Source of the DNA: Eledone cirrhosa
Lineage: Eukaryota
Assembly (NCBI GenBank): GCA_964016885.1
Contig: OZ024747.1
Location: 90,892,001-90,956,000, forward strand
Direction of reading: 5' to 3'
Length of the DNA: 64,000 bases
The notes beneath the pieces were generated by a model that made no database searches, was not told the origin of the DNA, and worked only from the letters and a program-made list of their open reading frames with translations. This document shows positions 28,292 through 41,795 of this stretch, one piece after another (the first letter of the stretch is position 1; every line of letters starts with the position of its first letter). The translations under genes were made by a program, and so were the position numbers.

Positions 28292-30743
28292 TACTCTTTT
28301 ACTCTTTTACCTGTTTCAGCCATCCGGCTGAGGCCATGCTGGGGCACCGCCCTTGTTGCTACACATTTTATCTCCAGCCTGTATAGGTTGGTCACTTGTG
28401 TAAGAGGGAGTTTGTTGCTGCTGCCCTTAGGTTTCCCTCGTGCCTTGCTGTGGGCTCATCCGGGATCATGGATAGCAAGGTGTCGAGATGTTTCTTGAAG
28501 ACATCCACCTCCACGTCATGCAATTCTCTCAGATCCCTCGGCAGCTTGTTGAAGAGTTGAGGGCCCTTGAATCCCAGGCTATTGCAATACCTGCTCCTTA
28601 TTCTAGATGTGGAAGACGGGACCTTTGGCACCACACAGTGACGTCCTGTTCGACGGTTGGTCCAGCTCCCAATGCCAAAGTTTGGTGCTAGTCTCTCCAG
28701 GATTTTCCACATGTAGATCACTGCGTATCTCTCCCGTCTTAGTTCCACGGAATAGAGGTTCAGTTCCTTTAGCCTCTCCCAGCAGCTTGTCTCCTTCATC
28801 GTGGCAATCCTCTTGGTGTAGCTTCGCTGGATTGCCTCAACTCCGTGGTTAGTTTGACACTATGGGGTGACCACAACTGGGAGCAGTAGTCCAGGCGGCT
28901 TAGGACAAATGTCCTCCATAGTGTCAACATGGTGTCTCGGTCTCTTGTCCGGAAAGTCCTCAAGTTCCAGCCAGCGAGTCGTCTGCACATTGTCGCCACT
29001 TTCATGATGTGTGAGGAAAAATATGCATCATCGCTCATGTCTATGCCCAGGTCTCGTATCGATTTTGACACGGGGATATCGGTCCCTCCTGGTCCAGTGT
29101 AGTTGTGTTGTACTATATTTGTGTTTGCAGGCTTGTTTGCAGGTTTGTATTGTAGGGCTTGGAATTTGCCAGCATTAAACTGCATGCTGTTTTCTTCCGC
29201 CCGTTTGTATATGGCATCCAGATCTTGTTGTAAAAGGGCAGCGTCAGCCGGGTTTTTGATTGCCTGTGCTACCTTAGTGTCATCAGCATAGCTAGTGAGG
29301 GATGTTGTTGTATGTAGTACAGAGGGCATGAGTGAGAGAGCCACCAATAACAGTAGTGGTCCCAGGTCTGTCCCCTGGGGCACCCAACTTGTTATTGGTG
29401 TTTCCTTTGAGTCATGCAGCCACTCACCTACTTTTCCAGTTATGCCGAGTCCGTGTAGTTTGTCACATATCATTCCGTGGTCGACCTTGTCAAAGGCCTT
29501 CGCAAAGTCAAGATATATCACGTCCACATGTAAGCTGTCTAGTAGTTGTTTCAGTACCCAGTCGTAGTGATGTAGCAGCTGTGTAAGGCAGCTTCTTCCT
29601 GGGCGGAAGCCATGTTGCGTGCTAGTCAGGCGGTCATTTTCCTCGAGGAAAGTGATCAGTTTCATTCTGACGACTCGCTCCATGACCTTACTGATATGCG
29701 ACATCAGGGAGACTGGCCTATAGTTTTTGGCCTCCGCTCTTCTACCTCCTTTATGGATAGGGCATATTGTGCCTTCTTTCAGCTCCCTGGGTAGTAAACC
29801 GCTAGCCAAGGAGCTTCTGAAGAGCATCTTCAGTGGAGTTGCTAAGGCCCGCTTACATGTTTTTAAGAGAACTGCTGGGAATCCATCAGGTCCAGCAACT
29901 GAGTCTGTTCTAATTTAATCTATGGCGTACACCACATCCTCCTCCGTTATGTTCATGTAGTGTTGTGGCATCAAAGAACTCCTCTGGCTTCGTTATTTGC
30001 ATGTGCCTCAGTGGACATGTGAACACACTTTTGTACTGTTCGTTCAGTATTTCACATATCTCTTGGGGGTTTTAGGTTAATGAACCGTCCGTATGGAAGA
30101 GTGGCCCAATCTTGCAGTGTACCGAGGCAGTTTCTTTTGCAAATTTAAAGAAGGCCTTAGGGTTTGTTTTAATGTTTTCTATGGCCCTGTTCTCTTTCTT
30201 TGCCCTCTCATTTTCATGGGAAAGTTTGAGTGCAATCTCGGTGCCAAGTAGTGCACATTTCAAATAGGATTCCTTCTTGTTTTTGTTTTCTTGTTGACTA
30301 TTCAACTGGTTTGAGAGCTTGGTTCTACGTCTCATAAGGATTTTCCTATCTCTGGGAATAAGATTTTTGTGTCTTTTTGCCTTTTTCTCCGGGACAAACG
30401 TTTTGCATATAGTGTGTATCGTTGTCATGAAGTGTTGAAATTGTGTGTTAGTGTCTTGTGTGGCGGTGTTTTCACTCCATGTTTGCTTCCGGATTTCTCT
30501 GTTAATCTTTTTCCAGTTAGCCTTGTAGAAGTTAAGGCTGGATAACGCCCTGGAGCTTCTTGATGGTTTTGTTTCTGTTGGTTCTCTCGGACCACATATC
30601 ATTAGCTCTACTAAGTTATGATCCGAGAGAATTGTTGGTGTCACCTTTACATTGTGGATGAGCACTTCGTTGTTTGTAAAACAGAGGTCCAGGAGATTTT
30701 TGCCTCTTGTTGGGAGGAGTATTGCTTGCTCCATGAACAGCCT
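28292..30743 (-). mobile_element. 5'-truncated CR1-group LINE (EN remnant + RT, frameshifted)
   Basis: PTRGKNLLDLCFTN...SDH; NYRPVSL, QHGFR, YLDFAKAFD, VPQG, YADD, DLGI; 3' tail (AAAAGAGT)n; several frameshifts. Confidence 0.9.
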
Positions 30744-31127
30744 GGCATTGGGAGCTGGACCAACCGTCGAACAGGACGTCACTGTGTGGTGCCAAAGGTC
30801 CCGTCTTCCACATCTAGAATAAGGAGCAGGTATTGCAATAGCCTGGGATTCAAGGGCCCTCAACTCTTCAACAGGCTGCCGAGGGATCTGAGAGATTTGC
30901 ATAACGTGGAGGTGGATGTCTTCAAGAAACATCTCGACAACTTGTTATCCAGGATCCCGGATGAGCCAACAGCAAGACACGAGGAAAACCTAAGGGCAGC
31001 AGCAACAAACTCCCTCTTACACCAGTGGCCAACCTATGCAGGCTGGAGATAAAATGTGTAGCAACAAGGGCGGTGCTCCAGCATGGCCTCAGCCGGATGG
31101 CTGAAACAGGTAAAAGAGTAAAAGAGT
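30744..31127 (+). mobile_element. Inverted 3'-end copy of the same CR1-group LINE
   Basis: Reverse complement of 28292-28678 with scattered substitutions; ends AAACAGGTAAAAGAGTAAAAGAGT then (TA)n. Confidence 0.9.
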
Positions 31128-31157
31128 AATATATATATATATATGTATATATATATA

Positions 31158-31204
<47 letters not shown>

Positions 31205-31205
31205 G

Positions 31206-31266
<61 letters not shown>

Positions 31267-31299
31267 ATATATATTATATATATATATATATATGTATAT

Positions 31300-31637
31300 A
31301 CATTCATTTCATTTCATTTTATTTTACGTCCGCTTCTCCCTGCTTGCAAGGGTGGGACGGGAACTGATTCTGGCTTGATTTCTACAGCTGGATGCCCTTC
31401 CTAACACCAACCTCATTTACAGTGAGTGCTGGGTGCTTTTTTGCCGTGGTACCTCCATGACCACTTTACAGTGGAATGATAGGGACCCCAGTCCCTATCA
31501 TCTCATTTCTACAGCTGAGTAAACTGGAGCAATATGAAATAAAGTATCTTGCTCAAGGAAACAACACATCACCCGGTCTCAGAATTGAACTCACAACCTT
31601 TCAATTGCAAGCCCAATGCTCTAACCACTAAGCCATG
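31300..31637 (-). mobile_element. SINE B-related element, duplicated at 42010-42350
   Basis: tRNA head on - (31575-31637); near-identical to 42010-42346. Confidence 0.75.
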
Positions 31638-31710
31638 GACTGGGGTCCCTATCATTCCACTGTAAAGTGGTCATGGAGGTACCACGACAAAAAAGCACCC
31701 CAAAAAGCAC

Positions 31711-31752
<42 letters not shown>

Positions 31753-31753
<1 letters not shown>

Positions 31754-31822
31754 AAAGTTATATTTAAATTGTTGGGTTACAACTAGTAAATATTTATAAC
31801 TGATATAAAAGCACTCGACAAG
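31753..31822 (-). mobile_element. Naiad 5'-UTR/pLTR tail fragment
   Basis: Matches 36474-36542. Confidence 0.8.
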
Positions 31823-32330
31823 CATCCTGCAGGACTAAAAACAAAACCTGTCAAAGGACAAAGGAGCTCGTAAGAGTCAATGGCCATCCAAAATCACCGG
31901 GAGAGATGACCCCTTAGCCTTTGTCAAGGCAGAATTCTTGGAGAAGGAAAACTCTGATATAACACCTGTAACCCTGATGGTATCCAATGATGTTGACTCG
32001 TTCTTCTTTTTGGTAAATATCATCTTGGTTAAGAGAGTGGGACTGGCTTTGTGCAGTGCCTTTGCTCACTATAAAAGCTTCACGGCACAGGCATTGCTTT
32101 ATATCTGGAGATCTCTCTGCACTTGTCGTCACATGGTACCATGGGCCCAGCACTGTGTGTCAATAATTGTCACAAGTGTAGTGTTTGTACTAGAGTTTTC
32201 AAGTCGCTGGCTGTACTAAAAAGTCACACTCGTTCAGCACATCGGTAGGGGTTCTCCTACATGGATATAAAGTAGTGGCCGTACTCGAAAACGAGTTGGC
32301 AGCCACCATATATATATATATGTGTGTGCA

Positions 32331-32452
<122 letters not shown>

Positions 32453-32555
32453 TTAAGTAAGTAAGCTAGTTACTATGATTTTCTTATTTTACGTTTTTCA
32501 TATATATATATATATATACATGTACACACACACACATATATATATATATATGTAT

Positions 32556-32600
<45 letters not shown>

Positions 32601-32638
32601 ATTAAATAAATGGAAAACTATATTTATAAAACCATATT

Positions 32639-32704
32639 TATTTCATTATATATATTTCGGGGATATCATATTAACAATATGCTATGCCTTCATCAGACAA
32701 AATA
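32639..32704 (-). ncRNA. Naiad pLTR hammerhead ribozyme (3' pLTR of copy 1)
   Basis: Reverse complement of 41564-41629. Confidence 0.8.
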
Positions 32705-33067
32705 CAATATAAACAGTTTTATAGATAAATATATTCGACATACCGTAATAAACATCAACTTCATTTGAAGAGGTTCACTCTAGCAGTGAAAATACAGAGA
32801 GAAAGAAAGAGAGAGAGAAAAGAGGGAAATAAGAAAGAAAGAAAGACGAAACGAAGAAAAGGAAGAAAAAGAAGAAAAAGAAGAAATGCATGGGACAAAA
32901 TAGAGAGATGGAAAAATAGATAAAGCGAAGAGCTTCATGTAAAGAGACCGAAAGAGATATATATATATATAGAGAGAGAGGAAATAGAGATAGATACATA
33001 TATAAATATAGATATAGAAAAATTAGGTAGTGGGAGGTCATTTTGAGTAAGTGTATCAATGATGCAT

Positions 33068-33102
<35 letters not shown>

Positions 33103-34209
33103 GCTCAAGTATTAATGTAAGGGAGATATAGAGAGATATAGAGAGATATAGAGAGAGAAAAATTTAAAAATAGCCAGACATATTCGAGGCGTAGAAAACC
33201 CTATGTTTTAATGTATTAGTATTTATAAAACTTACACTATATTGTAAATATCAGTATTCCTGAATGAAACAAGTATTCACAATGCGTGAAAATTCATTAT
33301 CTTATGTTTAGTTTTTTAAAAAATTCATATGTCTATGTGAATCCAACTGATTCACTCCGCAAATTCAAAGTTACCGGAAAACATTCTCAATGTGGTATAA
33401 ACATTTGAGCGTATTATTATTCTTGCGATTACTCTACAAGATTATCTATCAAGCAGAAATAGAGAGCAGATTTCAATATACTAATCGAAAATATATATTA
33501 TATTATAAGCAGAGATAACAATAATAATGATAATAAGTAAAAATATATAAAAATATAAAAATATAGAATAGAAAACTAAAAAAGAATATTACGAAAGAAT
33601 ATTACATAATAAAAATATTGCATATTAAAAATACTATGTTTTAAAATTATTACGTATTAAAACTTTACATATAAAAATATTAAAAATAAAAATAAAATAA
33701 AATAAAAAATAAAAAATAAAAATATAAAAATATTATAGAATACTACAATACTAAAAGAATAAAAATAAAAATAAAAATAAAAATAAAAATAAAAAATAAA
33801 AAATAAAAATAAAAAATAAACCACAAAGAACAACCCTTCAAGGTTAATTGACAATATATTGCCAAGTTCACTACAAGACAAAGCCAAAAATTATCTATCA
33901 AATCACATCTAGCAAGGAATATCGCAAAAAAAAAAAAAAGGTTATGATGTCCAATAATGTCTACATATGTTCCTATATTTAATATATAAGTTTATCAAGT
34001 GTAAGGTTAATTCATAAAATTTGGAGCATCGGCTTTTAGGGTAGCTTAATTTTTCATGAGGAATGTTTAGATAAAAATAAAAATAAAAATAAAAAATAAA
34101 AATAAAAATAAATACAATAAAATAAACAGTAAAAAGAGGGAATCAAAGATTTAGGAATCAAAAGATTTATCGGCTAGTTCTCATATAAATATAAATCAAA
34201 CTAAATATA

Positions 34210-36423
34210 CTACATTTTAAATTTAAATTTATATTTAAACGTTGAGTTTAATCTATGTTTGCAACAACTGAATAAATTTGTCCGTAGGTTAAGGGAATTT
34301 TTAGATTTTAGTATAAAGAATATCTCCTCTGCGCAGAGGTCACATGTCTCAGAGGATGAATTAAAAGGAATCCCTCTTGAGACTATATTCCAAGCCGTCG
34401 AATATCTAACGTTATCTAGCTTAAGTTGCCAGAGTACACCTGATAGTGCCGTTGAAGATTTTTTATTTGGATCTGTGAAAGAATTCTTGTGGTTATTATA
34501 GCGAAGTTTAAATTCCGTCGATGTGGAACCGACGTAGTTAAAAGAATTAGAGTCAGTATTAACATTACAATTGTATACTATATTTTTAACTAAGCAGTTG
34601 TTATTTAACGGACATTTAGATCTATCTCTACAGTTGCATTTGTTAACTTGTATATTATTTATGCTATTATCAGTAGTTTTTAAGTTCCTATTATTTATTC
34701 TATTAATATTTTGTGCTAAATTTTTGGTGGATGAATAGGTTAATTTAATTGTATGCCTATTGAAGATTGAGTGGTACCTATGTGTTCTAGGGAAGCGATT
34801 ATCAAGAGCTTTGAAAAATAATTTAGCGATGTGGGTTTTAATGTTTAGTGAGAAAGGGGGGGCAAACCAAATTATGTTCCTAGTTCTATTTCTTTTTTGT
34901 CCTTTGGAATTATTGTAATGCTTTCTATTATAGTTGTTAATGTTGTTGCCATAATTAAAAAAGTTGTTACTTTGTTTAGTTTGTTTATCATTATCTATGT
35001 ACACAATCTTATCAGCATACCCTGCCCTAGCTAGTGCATCATTATAGTATTGGGCCTTTTCGTCAAAAATCTTTCTATTCGACGAGATCCTAGAGATACG
35101 CTTTTGGACTGAGTTTACTATAGTGTTTTTGACAGATCTGGGGTGGTTAGAGTTAAAGTTGACATAGTTTAAGTTTTCATTCAACTTGTGAAAAGGATAG
35201 TGGAGACATGTGTTGAGATTTAATGTTATATCTAGGAAATTGACTATTCTATGGTTGTTCTCAATTTCTATTTTAAGGTTAAAGTAATTAAAAAATTTTG
35301 TAATTTGTTTACATTTTCTATTTAGTTCAGGGTTATTATTATTAATGAGTAAAAGCATGTCATCCCTATATAAACCTCCGGTAGTACCAGGTATTTTCCT
35401 ATGTAGCGAATTGATTAAAAATAAGCCCACAAGGTCAGTTACTTGAGCTGAGTCGGAAGATCCCATAGTTATGTCAAAATTGCTATCTCTATCTGCTCTG
35501 GTCCATAATTTGTCATCAAATTCTATCAAAGTTTTCCTAGCCGATAATATAATATGCATTTCTTTGCTAGTTAGGTCCGTATGTTTGAATGCGTAATTTA
35601 GTGCCTTATTTAGTAGACTAGGGGTAATAGAAGAATAATAGTTAGCTATATCAAGTTGAATAAACCTATTATTATTGTCATATTTAATTTGCCTAAACCA
35701 CTCAACAACCTCTCCGGTTCCCTTCCACAAGCTCAGGTTAGATACATAATCCAAGTTCTTAATTTGCAGTATCACCCTGTCAAGAATGTTTTTGCTTAAT
35801 TTGCCCAGGTCCGATTTTGAAGGTGCGATTAATCTAACTGGCAGGTCAATCTCAAAATTCCTCTTGTGGTCCTTCATATTGATCTTCGGTTTCCTGGGCA
35901 CAAAAGGTTGTGTTCTGTTCTCAATTTCCAACTCATGCATTATACAAGATGCTTCAACATTCATTTTCACAAGTTCGGTCTTATCTGCTACCTTGTATTT
36001 TTTCCTCAGCTCTTTCAGTATGAGGCCATTATACATGTCTTTCTGCACTCCATAGAGGTTGTTGGTCTTGTCAGATTTCACCAAGATCTTCTCAGTTTTC
36101 TCTAAGCTCTCAATGTTATCCTTAATGCCTTTCAGATATTCCTGGCCTTTAAAGTTTCTCTTGAATTTGACCCCTTGTATGATAGAAATTATATCGTTTT
36201 CAAAGTCAGATAAAAGTTTGTTAGGGGGTGGATTTCTTTTAGATTTGAAAACTTTGTTTAAGTCCGAGATATTTTCGTCTGCATTAAATTTATCAAAGTG
36301 GAATGCACGCCACCTGATTCTCCTTATAAAAGAGTCAGATTTATCTATTAGTTGTTTTACAAAGTCTTTGTTTCTAGGTAGAGGTATGTCTTTTAGAGAG
36401 GAAGTAATCTTAAAGAATTCCAT
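34210..36423 (-). CDS. PLE polyprotein: reverse transcriptase + GIY-YIG endonuclease (Naiad-like), 737 aa, intact
   Basis: SLKDIP...FIRRIRWRAF N-terminus; KDHK, RLIAP, LDIANYYSSI, TMGS.DSAQV, GLYRDD, NFLDITL; CNC-x4-CPL...CL; NIVYNC...YVGST..FKLRYNNH; CDLC..E...N. Confidence 0.93.
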   Translation of the reverse strand: MEFFKITSSLKDIPLPRNKDFVKQLIDKSDSFIRRIRWRAFHFDKFNADENISDLNKVFKSKRNPPPNKLLSDFENDIISIIQGVKFKRNFKGQEYLKGIKDNIESLEKTEKILVKSDKTNNLYGVQKDMYNGLILKELRKKYKVADKTELVKMNVEASCIMHELEIENRTQPFVPRKPKINMKDHKRNFEIDLPVRLIAPSKSDLGKLSKNILDRVILQIKNLDYVSNLSLWKGTGEVVEWFRQIKYDNNNRFIQLDIANYYSSITPSLLNKALNYAFKHTDLTSKEMHIILSARKTLIEFDDKLWTRADRDSNFDITMGSSDSAQVTDLVGLFLINSLHRKIPGTTGGLYRDDMLLLINNNNPELNRKCKQITKFFNYFNLKIEIENNHRIVNFLDITLNLNTCLHYPFHKLNENLNYVNFNSNHPRSVKNTIVNSVQKRISRISSNRKIFDEKAQYYNDALARAGYADKIVYIDNDKQTKQSNNFFNYGNNINNYNRKHYNNSKGQKRNRTRNIIWFAPPFSLNIKTHIAKLFFKALDNRFPRTHRYHSIFNRHTIKLTYSSTKNLAQNINRINNRNLKTTDNSINNIQVNKCNCRDRSKCPLNNNCLVKNIVYNCNVNTDSNSFNYVGSTSTEFKLRYNNHKNSFTDPNKKSSTALSGVLWQLKLDNVRYSTAWNIVSRGIPFNSSSETCDLCAEEIFFILKSKNSLNLRTNLFSCCKHRLNSTFKYKFKFKM

Positions 36424-36602
36424 TTTTCAGTTATAATATAAAGCGCTCAACAGTATTGGAGCAAGATACATGTAAAGTTATATTTAAAATTGTTGGGTTA
36501 CAACTAGTAAATATTTATAACTGATATAAAAGCACTCGACAAATACTTGGAGTATATTTACAATATTAAATAAATGGAAAACTATATTTATAAAACCATA
36601 TT

Positions 36603-36668
36603 TATTTCATTATATATATTTCGGGGATATCATATTAACAATATGCTATGCCTTCATCAGACAAAATA
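36603..36668 (-). ncRNA. Naiad pLTR hammerhead ribozyme (5' pLTR, ~180 nt upstream of the ATG)
   Basis: Reverse complement of 41564-41629. Confidence 0.8.
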
Positions 36669-37031
36669 CAATATAAACAGTTTTATAGATAAATATATTC
36701 GACATACCGTAATAAACATCAACTTCATTTGAAGAGGTTCACTCTAGCAGTGAAAATACAGAGAGAAAGAAAGAGAGAGAGAAAAGAGGGAAATAAGAAA
36801 GAAAGAAAGACGAAACGAAGAAAAGGAAGAAAAAGAAGAAAAAGAAGAAATGCATGGGACAAAATAGAGAGATGGAAAAATAGATAAAGCGAAGAGCTTC
36901 ATGTAAAGAGACCGAAAGAGATATATATATATATAGAGAGAGAGGAAATAGAGATAGATACATATATAAATATAGATATAGAAAAATTAGGTAGTGGGAG
37001 GTCATTTTGAGTAAGTGTATCAATGATGCAT

Positions 37032-37066
<35 letters not shown>

Positions 37067-37852
37067 GCTCAAGTATTAATGTAAGGGAGATATAGAGAGA
37101 TATAGAGAGATATAGAGAGAGAAAAATTTAAAAATAGCCAGACATATTCGAGGCGTAGAAAACCCTATGTTTTAATGTATTAGTATTTATAAAACTTACA
37201 CTATATTGTAAATATCAGTATTCCTGAATGAAACAAGTATTCACAATGCGTGAAAATTCATTATCTTATGTTTAGTTTTTTAAAAAATTCATATGTCTAT
37301 GTGAATCCAACTGATTCACTCCGCAAATTCAAAGTTACCGGAAAACATTCTCAATGTGGTATAAACATTTGAGCGTATTATTATTCTTGCGATTACTCTA
37401 CAAGATTATCTATCAAGCAGAAATAGAGAGCAGATTTCAATATACTAATCGAAAATATATATTATATTATAAGCAGAGATAACAATAATAATGATAATAA
37501 GTAAAAATATATAAAAATATAAAAATATAGAATAGAAAACTAAAAAAGAATATTACGAAAGAATATTACATAATAAAAATATTGCATATTAAAAATACTA
37601 TGTTTTAAAATTATTACGATGAAGGCATAGCATATTGTTAATATGATATCCCCGAAATATATATAATGAAATAAATATGGTTTTATAAATATAGTTTTCC
37701 ATTTATTTAATATTGTAAATATACTCCAAGTATTTGTCGAGTGCTTTTATATCAGTTATAAATATTTACTAGTTGTAACCCAACAATTTTAAATATAACT
37801 TTACATGTATCTTGCTCCAATACTGTTGAGCGCTTTATATTATAACTGAAAA

Positions 37853-40068
37853 ATGGAATTCTTTAAGATTACTTCCTCTCTAAAAGACATACCTCTACCT
37901 AGAAACAAAGACTTTGTAAAACAACTAATAGATAAATCTGACTCTTTTATAAGGAGAATCAGGTGGCGTGCATTCCACTTTGATAAATTTAATGCAGACG
38001 AAAATATCTCGGACTTAAACAAAGTTTTCAAATCTAAAAGAAATCCACCCCCTAACAAACTTTTATCTGACTTTGAAAACGATATAATTTCTATCATACA
38101 AGGGGTCAAATTCAAGAGAAACTTTAAAGGCCAGGAATATCTGAAAGGCATTAAGGATAACATTGAGAGCTTAGAGAAAACTGAGAAGATCTTGGTGAAA
38201 TCTGACAAGACCAACAACCTCTATGGAGTGCAGAAAGACATGTATAATGGCCTCATACTGAAAGAGCTGAGGAAAAAATACAAGGTAGCAGATAAGACCG
38301 AACTTGTGAAAATGAATGTTGAAGCATCTTGTATAATGCATGAGTTGGAAATTGAGAACAGAACACAACCTTTTGTGCCCAGGAAACCGAAGATCAATAT
38401 GAAGGACCACAAGAGGAATTTTGAGATTGACCTGCCAGTTAGATTAATCGCACCTTCAAAATCGGACCTGGGCAAATTAAGCAAAAACATTCTTGACAGG
38501 GTGATACTGCAAATTAAGAACTTGGATTATGTATCTAACCTGAGCTTGTGGAAGGGAACCGGAGAGGTTGTTGAGTGGTTTAGGCAAATTAAATATGACA
38601 ATAATAATAGGTTTATTCAACTTGATATAGCTAACTATTATTCTTCTATTACCCCTAGTCTACTAAATAAGGCACTAAATTACGCATTCAAACATACGGA
38701 CCTAACTAGCAAAGAAATGCATATTATATTATCGGCTAGGAAAACTTTGATAGAATTTGATGACAAATTATGGACCAGAGCAGATAGAGATAGCAATTTT
38801 GACATAACTATGGGATCTTCCGACTCAGCTCAAGTAACTGACCTTGTGGGCTTATTTTTAATCAATTCGCTACATAGGAAAATACCTGGTACTACCGGAG
38901 GTTTATATAGGGATGACATGCTTTTACTCATTAATAATAATAACCCTGAACTAAATAGAAAATGTAAACAAATTACAAAATTTTTTAATTACTTTAACCT
39001 TAAAATAGAAATTGAGAACAACCATAGAATAGTCAATTTCCTAGATATAACATTAAATCTCAACACATGTCTCCACTATCCTTTTCACAAGTTGAATGAA
39101 AACTTAAACTATGTCAACTTTAACTCTAACCACCCCAGATCTGTCAAAAACACTATAGTAAACTCAGTCCAAAAGCGTATCTCTAGGATCTCGTCGAATA
39201 GAAAGATTTTTGACGAAAAGGCCCAATACTATAATGATGCACTAGCTAGGGCAGGGTATGCTGATAAGATTGTGTACATAGATAATGATAAACAAACTAA
39301 ACAAAGTAACAACTTTTTTAATTATGGCAACAACATTAACAACTATAATAGAAAGCATTACAATAATTCCAAAGGACAAAAAAGAAATAGAACTAGGAAC
39401 ATAATTTGGTTTGCCCCCCCTTTCTCACTAAACATTAAAACCCACATCGCTAAATTATTTTTCAAAGCTCTTGATAATCGCTTCCCTAGAACACATAGGT
39501 ACCACTCAATCTTCAATAGGCATACAATTAAATTAACCTATTCATCCACCAAAAATTTAGCACAAAATATTAATAGAATAAATAATAGGAACTTAAAAAC
39601 TACTGATAATAGCATAAATAATATACAAGTTAACAAATGCAACTGTAGAGATAGATCTAAATGTCCGTTAAATAACAACTGCTTAGTTAAAAATATAGTA
39701 TACAATTGTAATGTTAATACTGACTCTAATTCTTTTAACTACGTCGGTTCCACATCGACGGAATTTAAACTTCGCTATAATAACCACAAGAATTCTTTCA
39801 CAGATCCAAATAAAAAAAATCTTCAACGGCACTATCAGGTGTACTCTGGCAACTTAAGCTAGATAACGTTAGATATTCGACGGCTTGGAATATAGTCTCA
39901 AGAGGGATTCCTTTTAATTCATCCTCTGAGACATGTGACCTCTGCGCAGAGGAGATATTCTTTATACTAAAATCTAAAAATTCCCTTAACCTACGGACAA
40001 ATTTATTCAGTTGTTGCAAACATAGATTAAACTCAACGTTTAAATATAAATTTAAATTTAAAATGTAG
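37853..40068 (+). pseudogene. PLE RT-GIY-YIG ORF with a +2 frameshift in an A-run
   Basis: Protein identical to copy 1 up to DPNKK; A8 at 39812-39819 vs A6 in copy 1; could be a homopolymer sequencing error. Confidence 0.85.
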
Positions 40069-41165
40069 TATATTTAGTTTGATTTATATTTATATGAGAA
40101 CTAGCCGATAAATCTTTTGATTCCTAAATCTTTGATTCCCTCTTTTTACTGTTTATTTTATTGTATTTATTTTTATTTTTATTTTTTATTTTTATTTTTA
40201 TCTAAACATTCCTCATGAAAAATTAAGCTACCCTAAAAGCCGATGCTCCAAATTTTATGAATTAACCTTACACTTGATAAACTTATATATTAAATATAGG
40301 AACATATGTAGACATTATTGGACATCATAACCTTTTTTTTTTTTTTTTTGCGATATTCCTTGCTAGATGTGATTTGATAGATAATTTTTGGCTTTGTCTT
40401 GTAGTGAACTTGGCAATATATTGTCAATTAACCTTGAAGGGTTGTTCTTTGTGGTTTATTTTTTATTTTTATTTTTTATTTTTATTTTTATTTTTATTTT
40501 TATTTTTATTCTTTTAGTATTGTAGTATTCTATAATATTTTTATATTTTTATTTTTTATTTTTTATTTTATTTTATTTTTATTTTTAATATTTTTATATG
40601 TAAAGTTTTAATACGTAATAATTTTAAAACATAGTATTTTTAATATGCAATATTTTTATTATGTAATATTCTTTCGTAATATTCTTTTTTAGTTTTCTAT
40701 TCTATATTTTTATATTTTTATATATTTTTACTTATTATCATTATTATTGTTATCTCTGCTTATAATATAATATATATTTTCGATTAGTATATTGAAATCT
40801 GCTCTCTATTTCTGCTTGATAGATAATCTTGTAGAGTAATCGCAAGAATAATAATACGCTCAAATGTTTATACCACATTGAGAATGTTTTCCGGTAACTT
40901 TGAATTTGCGGAGTGAATCAGTTGGATTCACATAGACATATGAATTTTTTAAAAAACTAAACATAAGATAATGAATTTTCACGCATTGTGAATACTTGTT
41001 TCATTCAGGAATACTGATATTTACAATATAGTGTAAGTTTTATAAATACTAATACATTAAAACATAGGGTTTTCTACGCCTCGAATATGTCTGGCTATTT
41101 TTAAATTTTTCTCTCTCTATATCTCTCTATATCTCTCTATATCTCCCTTACATTAATACTTGAGC

Positions 41166-41200
<35 letters not shown>

Positions 41201-41563
41201 ATGCATCATTGATACACTTACTCAAAATGACCTCCCACTACCTAATTTTTCTATATCTATATTTATATATGTATCTATCTCTATTTCCTCTCTCTCTATA
41301 TATATATATATCTCTTTCGGTCTCTTTACATGAAGCTCTTCGCTTTATCTATTTTTCCATCTCTCTATTTTGTCCCATGCATTTCTTCTTTTTCTTCTTT
41401 TTCTTCCTTTTCTTCGTTTCGTCTTTCTTTCTTTCTTATTTCCCTCTTTTCTCTCTCTCTTTCTTTCTCTCTGTATTTTCACTGCTAGAGTGAACCTCTT
41501 CAAATGAAGTTGATGTTTATTACGGTATGTCGAATATATTTATCTATAAAACTGTTTATATTG

Positions 41564-41629
41564 TATTTTGTCTGATGAAGGCATAGCATATTGTTAATAT
41601 GATATCCCCGAAATATATATAATGAAATA
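41564..41629 (+). ncRNA. Minimal type I hammerhead ribozyme in the Naiad pLTR
   Basis: UAUUUUGU-CUGAUGA-A-GGcAUAgCAUAUU guu AAUAUGaUAUcCC-C-GAAA-UAUAUA-UA^AUGAAAUA; 8-bp stem I with two GU pairs, palindromic stem III, predicted cut after 41621. Confidence 0.82.
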
Positions 41630-41795
41630 AATATGGTTTTATAAATATAGTTTTCCATTTATTTAATATTGTAAATATACTCCAAGTATTTGTCGAGTAA
41701 GTAAGCTAGTTACTATGATTTTCTTATTTTACGTTTTTCATATATATATATATATATACATGTACACACACACACATATATATATATATATGTAT

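Larger units (their letters stand above)
32595..37617 (-). mobile_element. Naiad-type Penelope-like element, copy 1, with ~1.06-kb upstream direct pseudo-LTR
   Basis: Intact RT-GIY-YIG ORF; 36559-37618 repeats 32595-33654; the 3' end runs into (TA)n. Confidence 0.92.
37618..41698 (+). mobile_element. Naiad-type PLE, copy 2, inverted relative to copy 1
   Basis: Reverse complement of 32595-36658 plus a ~25-nt 3' extension; begins inside the HHR core (GATGAAGG, lacking CT). Confidence 0.92.

Noticed and set aside
30072-31052. Overlapping 286-aa and 144-aa ORFs as novel genes
   Set aside because: They are chimeric read-throughs across the LINE inversion junction.
32775-33059. 94-aa ORF repeated three times (also 36739 and 41209) as a second PLE gene
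   Set aside because: It is a low-complexity F/L/S translation of a pyrimidine-rich pLTR with a non-ATG start, repeated only because the pLTR is repeated.
34210-36423. Selenoprotein-type Naiad (UGA recoding with SECIS)
   Set aside because: The ORF has no in-frame UGA and ends in TAG, and I saw no convincing SECIS. The stop in the Neptune ORF is TAA.
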